Shown: positions 1 to 13,885, numbered from the stretch's first letter. The stretch is 64,000 nt of DNA from Octopus sinensis (GCF_006345805.1 NW_021829600.1:465-64464); one strand, 5' to 3'. Numbers and translations are program-made. Notes: a model not told the origin generated them from the letters alone.

Positions 1-246
1 AGAGAGGAGGAACTTTTATGAGCACATGTGAATCTATATGAGCGTGTATGCGTGCGAGCTTTGTACAAGAGTGTAAATGTTTGTGTGATTATGTGCGTGT
101 GTATGATTACTGCAGCCAGAGAGACCAACAAACTGTGAAACGAACACACAGACAGGAATCTTCGTTATATTTATATTTATTACATCATTCGCTGATGTAA
201 GATGTACGTACTATGTGTGTGTCTGCTCATGTATGTTTATATACAG

Positions 247-284
<38 letters not shown>

Positions 285-549
285 CGTGTATGTTTGTGTG
301 TCTGTGTTTGTCCCCCTAGCATTGCTTGACAACCGATGCTGGTGTGTTTATGTCCCCGTAACTTAGCGGTTCGGCAAAAGAGACCGATAGAATAAGTACT
401 AGGCTTACAAAGAATAAGTCCCGGGATCGATTTGCTCGACTAAAGGCGGTGCTCCAGCATGGCCACAGTCAACTGACTGAAACAAGTAAAGGGGTAAAAG
501 AGTACAGAGTATATATATATATATACATATATATAATCGTTTATCTTTA

Positions 550-862
550 CTTCTTTCAGTCATTAGACTGCGGTCATGCTGGAGCACAGCCTTGAAGAGG
601 TTTTAGTCAAAGGAATTGATCCCGCTACTTAATTATTTTGCTACGCCTGGTACTTATTTTATCGGTCTCTTTTGCCCTGCCGCAAAGTTACGGAGGCGTA
701 ACCAACACCGGTTGTCAAGTGGTAGTGGGGGAACAAACACAGGCACAAAAAATACGCGCGCGCACGCACGTACACACACATATATATGTATGGTGTGTGT
801 ATATATATGTGTGGTGTGTGTGTGTGTGTGTATAGGTGTGTGTGGTGTGTGTGTGTGTATAT

Positions 863-911
<49 letters not shown>

Positions 912-1090
912 TGTACATATAAATATATATATATACACAACGGCCTTCTTCCTGCTTCTGTCTCCCAAATCCACTCACAAGGCTTTGACCGGCTCGAAGC
1001 TATAGTAGAAGACACTTGCCCAAGGTGTCACGCAGTGGGACTGGACCCAGAACCATGTAGTTTGGAAGCAAGCTTCTTACGACACAGCCA
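550..1090 (-). mobile_element. tRNA-derived SINE family A (internal (TA)n/(TG)n tract), reverse copy
   Basis: Reverse complement of the full copy at 8647-9150 (gtggctgtgt...gtcccactgcgtg-caccttgggcaagtgtcttctactatag...ccagcatg-ccgcagtc). Confidence 0.8.
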
Positions 1091-1201
1091 TATATATATA
1101 TATATATATATACAAATTGAATAAGGGTAGAAATTGATATTAATTAAACCCAGTGGCCTAGCATATTAAAGAAATCCGAAGATTAAAATATTTTTACATA
1201 C

Positions 1202-1389
1202 AAAATTTAAAGGACTGACCACTAAAAGTTGACGGTCAATATGCTAGATATAAACGTCAAAATCGCCATTTTCCACGAAGAATGTGTTCCCAAGTACTTG
1301 AGAACACATTCTTCGTGGAAAATAGCGATTTTGACGTCTATATCTAGCATATTGACCGTCCACTTTTAGTGGTCAGTCCTTTAAATTTT
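1202..1389. repeat. 188-bp spacer-less palindrome (94-bp arms)
   Basis: Centred on caagt|acttg (1291-1300); arms pair throughout with 4 mismatches counted by eye. Confidence 0.95.
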
Positions 1390-1826
1390 ATATATATATA
1401 TATACATATATATGCATGTATGTAGGTATATATGTTTGCATGTGTACACATGCCTGTATGAATGTATGTTTGTTTGTCAATGTGTGTATGTATATGTATT
1501 TAATTCTGCGTATTATAGATATATACAATTTAAGCAAGAACGCCAACATGGTCTTAGCAGTTATAGTAAAACCAAATTAAAAATTACTTATATGCATGCA
1601 TGCATGCATGGATAGGTGGGTTTCCATCTATTTCGACGATGAGGAGCGAGTAGCGAGATCAAATGAATCACATGTTTATCAAATTAACGTGTAAGTGCCT
1701 GAACGTTCCAAGATGCGTGAACCCATAACGTAATTCAGAGGCAGAATCGTTAAGTTGGTTTTGAAACCACGAGATCTCTATTTCGATCTCCCGGCGTGGA
1801 ATCATAATTGTTCCCTTTTATTTATT

Positions 1827-3123
1827 TCTTTATTACCCACAAGGGGCTAAACACAGAGGGAACAAACAAGGACAGACAAACGGATTAAGTCGATTACATC
1901 GACCCCAGTGCGTAACTGGTACTTAATTTTATCGACCCCGAAAGGATGAAAGACAAAGTCGACCTCGGCGAAATTTGAACTCAGAACGTAATGGCAGACG
2001 AAATACGGCTATGCATTTCGCTCGGCGTGCTAACAATTCTGCCAGCTCGCCGCCTTGTTCCCTTTTATTATTAGAAACAATTACAAAGCGGCGAGCTGGC
2101 AGAGACGTTAGCACGCTGGGCGAAATTTTTAGCAACATTTCGTCTGCCGCTACGTTCTGAGTTCAAATTCCGCCGAGATCGACTTTACCTTTCATCCTTT
2201 CGGAGTCGATTAAATAAGTACCAGTTACGCACTTGGGTAGATATAATCGACTTAATCCGTTTGTCTGTCCTTGTTTGTCTCCTCTGTGTTTAACCCCTTG
2301 TGGGTAGTAAAGAAATAGGTATTTCGTCTGCCGCTACGTTCTGAGTTCAAATTCCGCCGAGGTCGACTTTGCCTTTCATCCTTTCGGAGTCGATTAAATA
2401 AGTACCAGTTACGCACTTGGGTAGATATAATCGATTTAATCCCTTTGTCTGTTCTTGTTTCTCTCCTCTGTGTTTAGCCCCCTGTGGGTAGTAAAGAAAT
2501 AGGTATTTCTTTCGTCCTCATGTTCTGAGTTGAAATGCCACCGAGGTCGACTTTGCCTTTTATCCTGTTGGAGCTCGATTATAAGTACCAGACAAGTACT
2601 GAGATCGATGAAATAAGTAATACTCAAATACTGAGGTGGATGACTTCTGCCGCCGCCGCAAAAACTACTGGCCCGGTGCCAAAATTCGAGACCGTTATAT
2701 GAAACAATAAAAAGATGGCGAGCTTGCAGAATCGTTAGCACGTCGGGCAAAATGTTTGCGGTAATTAGTCCGTCTGCACGTTCTGAGATCGAATTCCGCC
2801 AAGATCGATTATGCCTTTCCTTTCGGGGTCGACGAAACCGATTTCTCCCCTCCCCACAAATTTCAGGTCTTTTGCCTTTAGTAGAAAGGATTATCATCAT
2901 TATTAGATTAACGCAGTGAGTGGGCAAAATTGTTAGCATGCCGGGCCAAATGCTTAGCGGCATTTAGTCCGTCTGCACGTTCTGAGTTCAAATTCCGCCG
3001 AGGTCGACTTTACATTTCATTCTTTCGGGTATCGATAAATTAAGTACCAGTTACGCACTGGGTCGATGAAATCGACTAGTCCCCTCCCTACAAATTTCAG
3101 GTTTTGTGCCTTTAGTAGAAAGG

Positions 3124-3126
<3 letters not shown>
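1827..3126. mobile_element. Cluster of SINE family B (Meta-domain-like SINE): one minus copy, then plus-strand monomers and a head-less tandem multimer
   Basis: Recurrent ggcggcgagctggcagaaacgttagcacgcc...gagttcaaattccgccgaggtcgactttgcctttcatcctttcggggtcgataaattaagtaccag; B-box-like gagttcaaattcc; central part resembles the MetaSINE domain; 184-bp unit repeats at 2141/2325. Confidence 0.8.
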
Positions 3127-3170
<44 letters not shown>

Positions 3171-3178
3171 TACTACTA

Positions 3179-3216
<38 letters not shown>

Positions 3217-3280
3217 TTATAGTTGTTATTATTATTATTATTATATTATTATTATTATTATTATTATTGTTGTTGTTGTT

Positions 3281-3713
3281 GAGTGAGAGAGCAGTGAATG
3301 CCATCAAAGTGACACTGGGGTAAAATATACGAAGCCCAGTATACCCATCATGACTACCAGTCTGATAAGAGTACACTCGGCACATCTATCACAACCATAT
3401 GTGCGCGACATGGTGATCTCATATCAAGATAAACAGCACATGACCTTGCAGGTGGGGCCCAGTTAGAATTTTCTTCTGGTCGAGTAACCCATCCTGCTCA
3501 AAAGGTCCCTGAATAAGAGTTGTTTAAGGATGTTGAACGAAACGCCCATGTTTCCAGAGGTGAATTATTCAAACCCCAAAGAATCCCTCTCAACACATGG
3601 CTATGATGCTCCCCCACTATTTCTGCTCGTGATCAGAGATGCACATATCGTCAGCCACTGGTTAAGGTCAAACAACAGTCAAGCAAATCTGTGGTACTGC
3701 ATCAGTGCATTTT

Positions 3714-3715
<2 letters not shown>
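3281..3715 (-). mobile_element. Non-coding retroposon embedded in (TAA)n, internally deleted copy
   Basis: Reverse complement of 12294-12850 with two internal deletions; flanked by (TTA)n on both sides. Confidence 0.75.
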
Positions 3716-3744
<29 letters not shown>

Positions 3745-4207
3745 GAAGCATCAAACTGTCGAGGGAAAACTTTTTGTGGTATTTATTCTGGCACTTTATG
3801 TTCTGACTTTAAGTCATGCCGAGATGAATTCTTCATCCTTCCAGGATCAGTAAAATAAAGTACCAGTCATGTACAAGTACAGGAATCGACTAAACTTTTC
3901 CCCTCGAATTTGCGTGCCTTGTGCCAAAATTAAAAACCAGGGATGCTCACACTCTAAATTAAACAAATATTGATTTCAAATTTCGACCCAAATCTTGAAA
4001 TTTGGGGATGGGATAACTTGATAACATCGATCCAATGCTTAACTGGTAATTATTTTATCGACCCAAAAAGATGTATAGCAAAGTTGACTTCGGCAGAATT
4101 TGAACTCAGAACGTAAAGACGATCGAAATGCCGCTAAGCATTTTGCCTGACGTGCTCACGATTCTGCCAGTTTGCCTAAATTTACAGAGGTACTTGTACA
4201 TTAGTGA

Positions 4208-4435
4208 AGGTACGTGGTCTAGTGATTAGGCTGTTGCACTCACGATCGCCAAATCGTGGGTTCGATTCCCTGACTGGGCGGCGCGTTGTGTTCTTGAGCA
4301 AACACGCCATTTCACATTGCTCCAGCCCCCACTTCGATCAACAGGATTACGATATTTGAAGGCTGCAACAATACAAAAGCGCATTGTGACCAGCTATGTG
4401 TAACATCTGATAGCCTGGTCAGTCACGTGATCGCG
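4208..4435 (+). mobile_element. tRNA-derived SINE family C (V-domain-like), internally deleted
   Basis: A-box-like tggtctagtga, B-box ggttcgattcc, then gcgttgtgttcttgagcaa; tail catctgat...ggtcacgtgatc recurs at 51985-52085 and 59405-59520; heads recur at 32820-32900 (-) and 62250-62325. Confidence 0.65.
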
Positions 4436-5274
4436 TGGCCTGTACATTAGTAGAAATTATACAAATTTATCCATGCTTTACTGTGCATGAGACTAGTCTA
4501 TGCAAGATACCAGTAAATCGGTTTGGCAGTCACAGGAATTTGAAATTCCTGTTCGTAAATTATAAGAGGTTACAAACCATCGAGGTCCGGAAATGCTTTA
4601 TTAGTTCATTTCGTTCTTCTCGATTCCAAATTCAAACCCAGCCAGGACCATTAAAATGAAATATCAGTGCCTTACTGATGACAATCCAATAGACTAGAAT
4701 CTGTTCTTTGAACAATTAACATCAATATATATTTCTTTATTGCCCACAAGGGGCTAAACATAGAGAGGACAAACAAGGACAGACAAAGGGATTAAGTCGA
4801 TTACATCGACCCCAGTGCGAAACTGGTACTTTTATTTATCGACCCCGAAAGGATGAAAGGCAAAGTCGACCTCGGCGGAATTTGAACTCACAACGTAACG
4901 ACAGACGAAATACCGCTAAGCATTCCTCCCGGCGCGCTAACGTGTCTGCCAGCTCGCCGCAGGAGGCGGTCGATATAATTAACTACCCACTCCCAATTTG
5001 TGACAGTGAGCCTAGATATGAACCTAATATTAAGTCTCAGAACAATGGCTTGGCCGAGTCGTTTGAGCAGCGGACAAAATGCCTCGTGGTATTTAGGTAC
5101 GTCCTTTTGCGTAATGGGTTCCCTCCCTGAGGTCGACGTTTTTCTTTCGTCATTCTGGAGTGAATAAAATAATTACCAGTACTGAGGTTAATATAATCGA
5201 TTATATAATCGATTATACCTTTCCCTCTCCACCGCAAATATGTAGCCTTGTGCTTATGTTACAAATCAATGTTA

Positions 5275-6536
5275 CGAGGGGCGTTCAATAAGTAATGCCC
5301 CTGACCCACTTCTCATAGCAGTAGAGCAACGAAACTTGGCACAGTTATTAGTCTTTTCCTACATAGGAACCACCCAGAGTTAGGCATTTCTCCCATCGTT
5401 TGATACAGCTCTGGAGACCGTTTTTGTAGAAGACCCCAGCTTGGTCCTCCAACCACGACATGACTTCAGAAATCAAGGCTGCATCATCTGGGAAACGCTT
5501 TCCTTTCAAAATCAACTTCATGGCTGGGAAGAGGTGAAAATCAGAGGGTGCAAGGGGAGGAGTTCATAGCTCCACGCCTGTGCTTCTGATCTGGCGACAC
5601 GCGAGTTGTGGACCGGAGCGTTGTCCTGCAGGAGGAGGATGCCTTTGCTGATCTTGCCCCGCCTCTTGATTTTGATAGCTTCTCTTAATTTCCTCAAAAG
5701 TGAAGCATAATAGGCTCCTGTAATTGTGGTACCCTTTGCCAGGAAATCTGTCATCACTACTCCGTCCTGGTCCCAGAAGACTGTGAGCATAACCTTGTCA
5801 GCGGAGGGCTGCACACTTGCCTTCTTTGGAGGAGGTGAGTCACGGTGCTTCCACTGCATTGACTGGGCTTTGGTCTCTGGATCATAGTGATGGACCCAGT
5901 TTTCATCCTGTGTAATCAGTCTTTTGAAAAATTTTGACTCATCTTCTTGGCACATCTCCAAATTCATCCTCGAGCACTCAACGCGTTCTTGCTTCTGGAA
6001 AGGTGTGAGCAACCTGGAAATCCATCTGGCAGACACCTTTTGCATATGCAAATGGTCATGAATGATAGTTTCCACAGACCCGGTACCAATCTTGACCTTA
6101 TGGGCTATTTGGCGAATAGTTATGCGTCGATCTTCCAAAATGGCAGCCTCAACTTGACGGACAGATGCCTCATCAATGGCAGAAGGGGGGTGACCAGATC
6201 TGGGAGCTGTTTCCACAGAGTTCCGACTATGTCTGAATTCACAATGCCAGCGTTTTACAAGGTCATATGATGGGGCATCATCACCATAAGTTACTTTCAT
6301 TTCATCAAAAGTCTCCCGTGGTGTGCGTCCTTTCAAATACAAAAACCAGATCACTGCTCGACACTCAACAGGCTCCATTTCACACTTGACTCAGTTCAAA
6401 CATCTGTAAATCAGAAATCACATTTAGTTCATTCGCTACTTAATCTATAGAGGTATAAATAAGTGCACATGCAAAATTTCAGCTAGATCAAACAAATGCA
6501 AGTGGGTCAGGGGCATTACTTATTGAATGCCTCTCG
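5275..6536 (-). mobile_element. mariner DNA transposon, full length (copy 1)
   Basis: TIR cgaggggcgttcaataagtaatgcccctgacccactt at both ends; TA target duplication at 5273-5274 and 6537-6538; 1262 bp. Confidence 0.95.
5348..6378 (-). pseudogene. mariner D,D34D transposase, frameshifted near the YSPDLAP motif
   Basis: ORF 5518-6378 has an HTH N-terminus, WISRLL (WVPRLL-like), ITQDENW and QDNAPVH; a deletion removes YSPDLAP; the C-terminal YVGKD* lies in another frame. Confidence 0.9.
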
Positions 6537-8646
6537 TACATAGAAGCTCGAAGGCGGTGAGCTGGCAGAACCGTTAAGCACGCCGGGCAAAATGCGGCAT
6601 TCCGTCCGTCTGTACATATTAGGTCAAATTCCACCGAGGTCGACTTTACCTGTCATCCTTTCGAGGTCAATAAAATAAGTTAAGCACTGGGGTCAATATT
6701 AAATACAAGTTGAAAAATTCCGGATGATAGATGACTTATTCAACGACGCAGGTTCGATATGTTTGTGAAGTCTTCTCACATGTTTCACTAAATTCCTTTT
6801 AATAAGATGTAAACGTTACACTTTATTCGATATACATAGCTTAGTTGGACCCTTGACCCTTCGATAGGACTTGACAGGTGAAACATCTTAGAAACATTAT
6901 AGGCCCCTGAGCGATCAAAGGACTCGACGCTATAGGGATCTTATTATATTTCCTCCAACTACTTGCGGATTATTATTTTTTTTCACTAGGTTTTTGTTTT
7001 AATTTTCAGAAAAAAGTAGATACGATTTTTGTCATCAGCATGCAAAAGTACATGTTTTGAAAAAAAAAATCTGATGAAAATTTGAAAAACTTCAAGCGGT
7101 TGAAAAAATGTTACTAGATCCCCATGTAGTATTTATTATCTGACAGTAAGCAGCGGCATACATAGATCAGAGCTGGGCTCCTACACCCGTGAGGCTCCTG
7201 GGCGACTACCCAGTATACCCATGCCCAAAGATGGCGCTGCCTTGCAGTCTAGAAGGAGGAAGGGAATTTATCCTTGCGTCTTAGACCTGGCCCAAATACT
7301 TAAAACAAACACCACAGAAAGTCACTCAAGGGTCATGTGGTAGTTTTAAAATAGGAAAACGAATTAAGTATGACTACTAAGAACAGAAACGAACCCGTTG
7401 ATAAGCATCTACGCACTTTCCTAATACGAAATCTCACTCACAAGACTTTGGTCGGCATGAGATTCTGGGTAAATGCTACTTGCCTAAACTAAAGTGTCGC
7501 ACAGGCTAGTCAAAACTAAAACCATGTGTGAAGCGAACCTCTTAACCATAGATCCACGCCTGCACCCATATGGTGATGATAAGATATAATATACCGTACC
7601 AATTCTTGACATTTGATCCCCTGGCTGCTAACCAAAAATATTTATCCCACGTGATATTTTATGATTTATTTTTTATCTTGGAATCTATTTACTAGTTCAA
7701 TGGCACAAAGAAACGTAAATAATTTGACTTTTCAACATAAGGTCAAAGTTTAAATGATATATTTTGACATTCTAACGCCCTACTCTGACCATTTCCTTCG
7801 CTCCCGTCTTAAAGGAGAAAAAAACAAAAAAGAAAAGAAATAGAGGGATTTTTTTTCTTTCTGCTATAGGCACATCCAAAGCTGAGTAGTAAGTTTGATT
7901 TTCCAACCACGTGGTTCGAGTTCAGTCCCACTGAATAGCAACTGTCTTCTACTATATCCTCGTGCTAACCAAAGCCTTGTGAACGGATCTGGTAGACAGA
8001 AACTGAAAGTCACTAAGGCGGCGAGCTGGCAGAAACGTTAGCACGCCAGGCGAAATGCTTTGCCTTTCATCCTTTCGGGGTCGATTAAATAAGTTACGCA
8101 CTGGGGTCGATATAATCGACTTAATCCGTTTGTCTGTCCTTGTTTGTCCCCTCTGTGTTTAGCCCCTGGTGGGCAGTAAAGAAATAAGAAACTGAAAGTA
8201 AGTCAGTCATGTGTGTGTGTTCGTTCCCACCACCACCGCTTGACAACCAGTGCTGGTTTGTGCAAGCCTCCGTCCGTACCATACAGGTTCAGCGAAACAG
8301 ACAGATATTATAAATGCCAAACTATAAAAAAATAAAGTACTAGGGTCGATTTGTTTGACAAAACCCTCTAAGGCGGGGCCCCAGCGTAACCGCAGTCCAG
8401 TGATTGAAATAAGTGGAACAACCTAATACAAATCTGACAAACGCAATACACTTACATTCAAATAGACAACACAAACTCTCTTAGATATACATAGAATCAC
8501 AATATACCACTCAGACGACTAGAATTAACGTCACTTGTCTTCATATTAAGGTACTCAGCTTCAACAACGGTTACGCCATACATAGTGTACAGTGCTGCTA
8601 AAAGGGAAAAAATAACTGATATATCAAAGCATAAACATACCATATA

Positions 8647-8843
8647 GCAGGAGTGGCTGTGTGGTAAGTAGCTTGTTTACCAGCCACACGGTTCCGGGTT
8701 CAGTCCCACTGCGTGGCACCTTGGGCAAGTGTCTTCTACTATAGCCTCGGGCCGACCAAAGCCTTGTGAGTGGATTTGGTAGACGGAAACTGAACGAAGC
8801 CCGTCGTATATATGTATATATATATACATATGTATATATATAC

Positions 8844-8905
<62 letters not shown>

Positions 8906-9150
8906 TGTATATATATTATATATATATATATATATGCGTGTGTGTGTTTGTGTGTCTGTGTTTGTCCTCCTAGCATTGCTTGACAACCGATGCTGGTGTG
9001 TTTATGTCCCCGTTACTTAGCGGTTCGGCAAAAGAGACCGATAGAATAAGTACTGGGCTTACAAAAGAATAAGTCCCGGGGTCGAGTTGCACGATTAAAG
9101 ACGGTGCTCCAGCATGGCCGCAGTCAAATGACTGAAACAAGTAAAAAAGA
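8647..9150 (+). mobile_element. tRNA-derived SINE family A, full-length representative
   Basis: A-box tggctgtgtgg, B-box ggttcagtccc, body, internal (TA)n(TG)n, 3' part ending gactgaaacaagtaaa. Further copies or parts near 290-500, 10373-10662, 13776-14180, 38073-38770, 45120-45540, 46280-46670(-), 51395-51760, 52090-52580(-), 55960-56320, 56415-56620(-), 60163-60575(-). Confidence 0.85.
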
Positions 9151-10527
9151 AAGAGATATACAAAGTAGGCTATCCCTGCTGCAGAAACCAATGTTCACCA
9201 TGTAACAACAAAAACAAGCTGAAATTTACTGAAATGCAGAATTAATGAGCTACAAAACACTTTCAAAACATAAATGAAGCTCCTAACACTGAATCATCAA
9301 ATTGTAAACAATATCCTAGTTAAGCAGGACAAGCCAAATTACGGTGGAGGCCTCATTGAATTATATAGATCAGGGCTTAAATAGTTCTACAAACGATGCT
9401 AACAAACAGGGCCCTATAAGGTGCAAGCATGCAAAATAAATTAACACACTGATAATAATGGTTTCAAATTTTGACACAAGACCGACAATTTCAAGTGAGG
9501 GGCTAGTCGATTACATTGCCCCCCCCCCCCAGGTATTTGACAGGTATTTTATTGACAGGTATTGACAGGTATTTTATTTTATCGAACTCCGAAGGGATGA
9601 AAGACAAAGTTGACCTTGACCGGGAATTGAACTCAGAACGTAAAGCAGAAGAAATGCCGCTAAGCATTTCGTCGGCGTGCTTAACGATTCTACTATACCA
9701 ACCAGAAAAGTTAGAATAAACACTGTATCGAAGAGTCAGCAATTTTACCAAATTTAACAACTGCATCACATTATGTTACAGTTATATGTCCGTTCTTCAA
9801 TAGCAAGCCTAATACTTTAAGAAGAAAATTATCCTAAAATTAGTAACAAAGTAGACAGTTATATAAAATACAAAATACGAACGTTCCTTCAAGATCACTA
9901 ATTCAAAACGTAGATGGTAGTGCCCTTTGGGCTATGTTGCCAACTGACAAAGAGAGGTAAATGTCAAGCGGATGCTGTGGGGGGCACTGATTATTTAGAG
10001 GGGTCTTGATTAGAGGGGTCTCCATACACACGCAAGCATGTATCTGACTCATACACTGCTCACTTTCCAGACATTTGTACATTACTTCATGTTCTTTATA
10101 CGCACTTTTGACAAGTTGTGGTGCACCTGAGCACTGTATACGATAATTTCATTATTATAGTAGTAAAATATTTCAACCAAATAAAATACTTCAAATATGA
10201 TACAATATTTTAAACATATTTTTGAAAGCTTAATAAGGTTATGTTCAGTCATTAGACTTCAGCACACCAGTTTGCTTCTATTTATATTTGTAAGCAGGAA
10301 CATGACTGATGACGCTCCGAAGTCTACATGTAGCTTTATTATGTAAGACTTTGTCTTCTTTAGGAATGATTCAGTGGCTGTGTGGTAAGTAGCTTGTTTA
10401 CCAACCACATGGTTCCGGGTTCAGTCCCACTGAGTGGCACCTTGGGTAAATGTCTTCTACTATAGCCTCGGGCCGACCAAAGCCTTGTGAGTGGATTTGG
10501 TAGACGGAAACTGAAAGAAGCTCGTCG

Positions 10528-10579
<52 letters not shown>

Positions 10580-11499
10580 TGTGTGTGTGTTTGTCCCCCT
10601 AGCTTTGCTTGACAACCGATGCTGGTATGTTTATGTCCCCGTTACTTAGCGGTTCGGCAAATGAACCACTAACCAATAACTTTGGAACAAATTTGTAAAC
10701 TCTGCAGCCATCTCTGCGCCTTGTTGCACTCAGTGTTATGGTGAGTCTGCCTGAAGACTATAATAACGGTACGAGAGTGTAGAAAAATAAAATGTGATGT
10801 AGCAAATTTGATTCAAAGACCCAGCGTTATCGCATATATTGTAATGCTTGTTCTATCTGAGGATCACAAAAAGTATACAGCTATCTGTGGATTATTCAGC
10901 CACGTATGCTAAACTACTTGCTTCTGTGATGGAGCTTCTATACAGCCACTCGTAATGTTAGTAATAGTAACCAAATTCACTCAAATCACACACTGGTTTC
11001 GAATTTTGACACAAAGTAAGCAATTTCAGGGTGGGGGGGAGATAAATCGATTACGTCGACCCCAGTACTTAACTGGTACTTATTTTATCGACTTCAAAAC
11101 GATGAAAGGTAAAGTTGGTTTTGGTGGAAAAGGATGAAAGGCAAAGTTGATCTCGGCGGCATTTGAACCATGAACGTAAAGATGGACGAAGTACTGCTAA
11201 GTATTTTCCTCGGCGTTCTAACACTTCTGCCAACTCGCCGCTTCTCAAATCACATATTACCGTCATAAACTGGAAGAGCACACTGAACAATATAGCCCTG
11301 GCAATACCAAAAGGCGAAATAGACAGAGCTGAGACATTTTTGACTAGGACTTTCCAAGAGATATTTTGCATGGTACAACAAGTCTGCTTGTCGCCTCCTT
11401 CCCTTTTTATAGGAGGTCGGGGCTATTCACTGTTGTACCAATGTCGTAATCTTCAGGCTGATTCCCCATAACATTAACGATTCTGCCAGCTCACTGCCT

Positions 11500-11702
11500 T
11501 AATAATAATAATAATAATAATATTTTTTTTAAATTTATTTATTAGACATTCACTAGTACAACACCAAAAACAAAGAAGGAAAAAAAAACAAATATATGGC
11601 ACACTAAGCATAACAACAACGTGAACTTCCAACCTGTTGTCTCTTGAGGTCTCTGGGTGAGACTTGGAGCCAACTTGTACAAACATAAAGCAAAAGTCAA
11701 AC

Positions 11703-11778
<76 letters not shown>

Positions 11779-11992
11779 AAAATGCACTGATGCAGTACCA
11801 GGCAGTGGCTCTCGTGGCTTCTGATCTTAACTGATTGGAAGTGTTATCATGTACATTGTTATCATGTACATTATTTTATCGACCTGAAATGATGAAAGGT
11901 AAAGTCGATCTCGGTGGAATTTGAACTGAGAACGTAGCGGAAGACGAAGTACCTCAAAGCATTTTGCCCGGCGATTCTGCCAACTCGCCGCC

Positions 11993-12056
<64 letters not shown>

Positions 12057-12213
12057 TATTTTTTGACATTCACTAGTACAACACTAAATACAAAACCAAA
12101 TATATGGCACACTAGGCATAACAACATCACGAACTTCCAACCTGTTGTCTCTTGAGGTCTTTGGGTGAGACTTGGAGCCAACTTGTACAAATATAAAGCA
12201 AAAGTCAGACATA

Positions 12214-12296
<83 letters not shown>

Positions 12297-12872
12297 GCCC
12301 TGATGCAGTACCAGGCAGTGGCTCTCATGGCTTCTGATCTTAACTGATTGGAAGTGTTATCATGTACATTGTTTTGTCTTGGTATAAAAGATGGGCTACA
12401 GCAAATATTCTGCTCAATACCACAAATTTGCTTGTCAGTTGTTTGACCTTAACCAGTTGAGCATGTCCCTTAGTGGCTGACGATATGTGCATCTCTGATC
12501 ACGAGCAGAAGTAGTGGGGGAGCATCATAGCCATGTGTTGAGAAGGATTCTTTGGGGTTTGAATAATTCACCTCTGGAAACATAGGTGTTTCGTTCAACG
12601 TCCTTAAACAACCCTTATTCAGGGACCTTTTGAGCGGGATAGGTTACTCGATCTGAAGAAAATTCTAACTGGGCTCCACCTGCAAGGTCATGTGCTGTTT
12701 ATCTTGATATGAGATCACCATGTCGCGCACATATGGTTGTGATGCATGTGCCTGGTGTACCCTTATCAGACGGGTAGTCATGATGGGTATACTGGGCTTC
12801 GTATATTTTACCCCAGTGTCACTTTGATGGCATGCTCTGCTCGCTCACTCAATAATAATAATAATAATAATA

Positions 12873-12920
<48 letters not shown>

Positions 12921-12973
12921 TAATATAATAATAATAATATAATAATAATAATAATAATATAATGATGATAATA

Positions 12974-13005
<32 letters not shown>

Positions 13006-13332
13006 TAATAATAATAATATAATAATATATAATAATAATAATAATATAATATAATAATAATAAGAATAATAATACTAATAATATAATAATAATAATAATA
13101 ATAATATAATAATAATAATAATGATGATAATAATAATAATAATAATAATAATAATATAATAATAATATAATAATAATAATAATAATAATACTAATAATAT
13201 AATGATGATAATAATAATAATAATAATAATATAATAATAATAATATGATAATAATAATAATATATATAATAATAATAATAATAATAATATAATAATAATA
13301 ATAATAATATAATAATAATAATAATAATAAGG
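11500..13332 (+). repeat. (TAA)n field with stacked retroposon 3' ends
   Basis: Long (TAA)n tracts interrupted by two copies of a ~160-180-bp 3' end (11540-11705, 12063-12213: ...gaggtctYtgggtgagacttggagccaacttgtacaaa...) and by the ~555-bp element. Confidence 0.85.
12294..12850 (+). mobile_element. ~555-bp non-coding retroposon inserted in (TAA)n
   Basis: Same start aaatgcMctgatgcagtacca at 11779, 12294 and (minus) 3713; same end ctcactcaa+(TAA)n at 12850 and (minus) 3281. Confidence 0.75.
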
Positions 13333-13885
13333 AATTATAATAACACCTAGAAACGGCGCTATATTGCGCCGAGACTGTTCGCATTTGCTCTGTTCATAAC
13401 ACTGCAGCTTTGCTAACCTTGCTTGTTTTAATTTATTTCTAACCGATATTTGGAATCATTAACATTTCAGAATTTTGTTATTTGAACTTTTGTTTAGCTT
13501 CCATGTTTATATTTTACGGTAAAATACGTCGCATTAAAATATTAAGGGCAACAATTCTAAATATTTCTAGTTTATTAACAAACAATTGATGACGCATAAT
13601 GACAAATACTAACACACTTTGGATTTCTTTGTGTATGTGTTTTTGTTGTTGTTGTTGCTGTTACTGTTGTTGTTGTTGTTGTTGTTATTTACTTCCTGTC
13701 CTGCTCGAGCAGACCTATGATTAAAGGCGTTCCAACTCCGACCATCCACTGTGTATTTTGTGTTGCTAGATGTATAACCTCGGGCCGACCAAAGCCTTGC
13801 GAGTGGATTTGGTAGACGGAAACTGAAAGAAGCCCGTCGTATATATGTACATATATATATATGTGTGTGTGTGTGTGTATGTATG

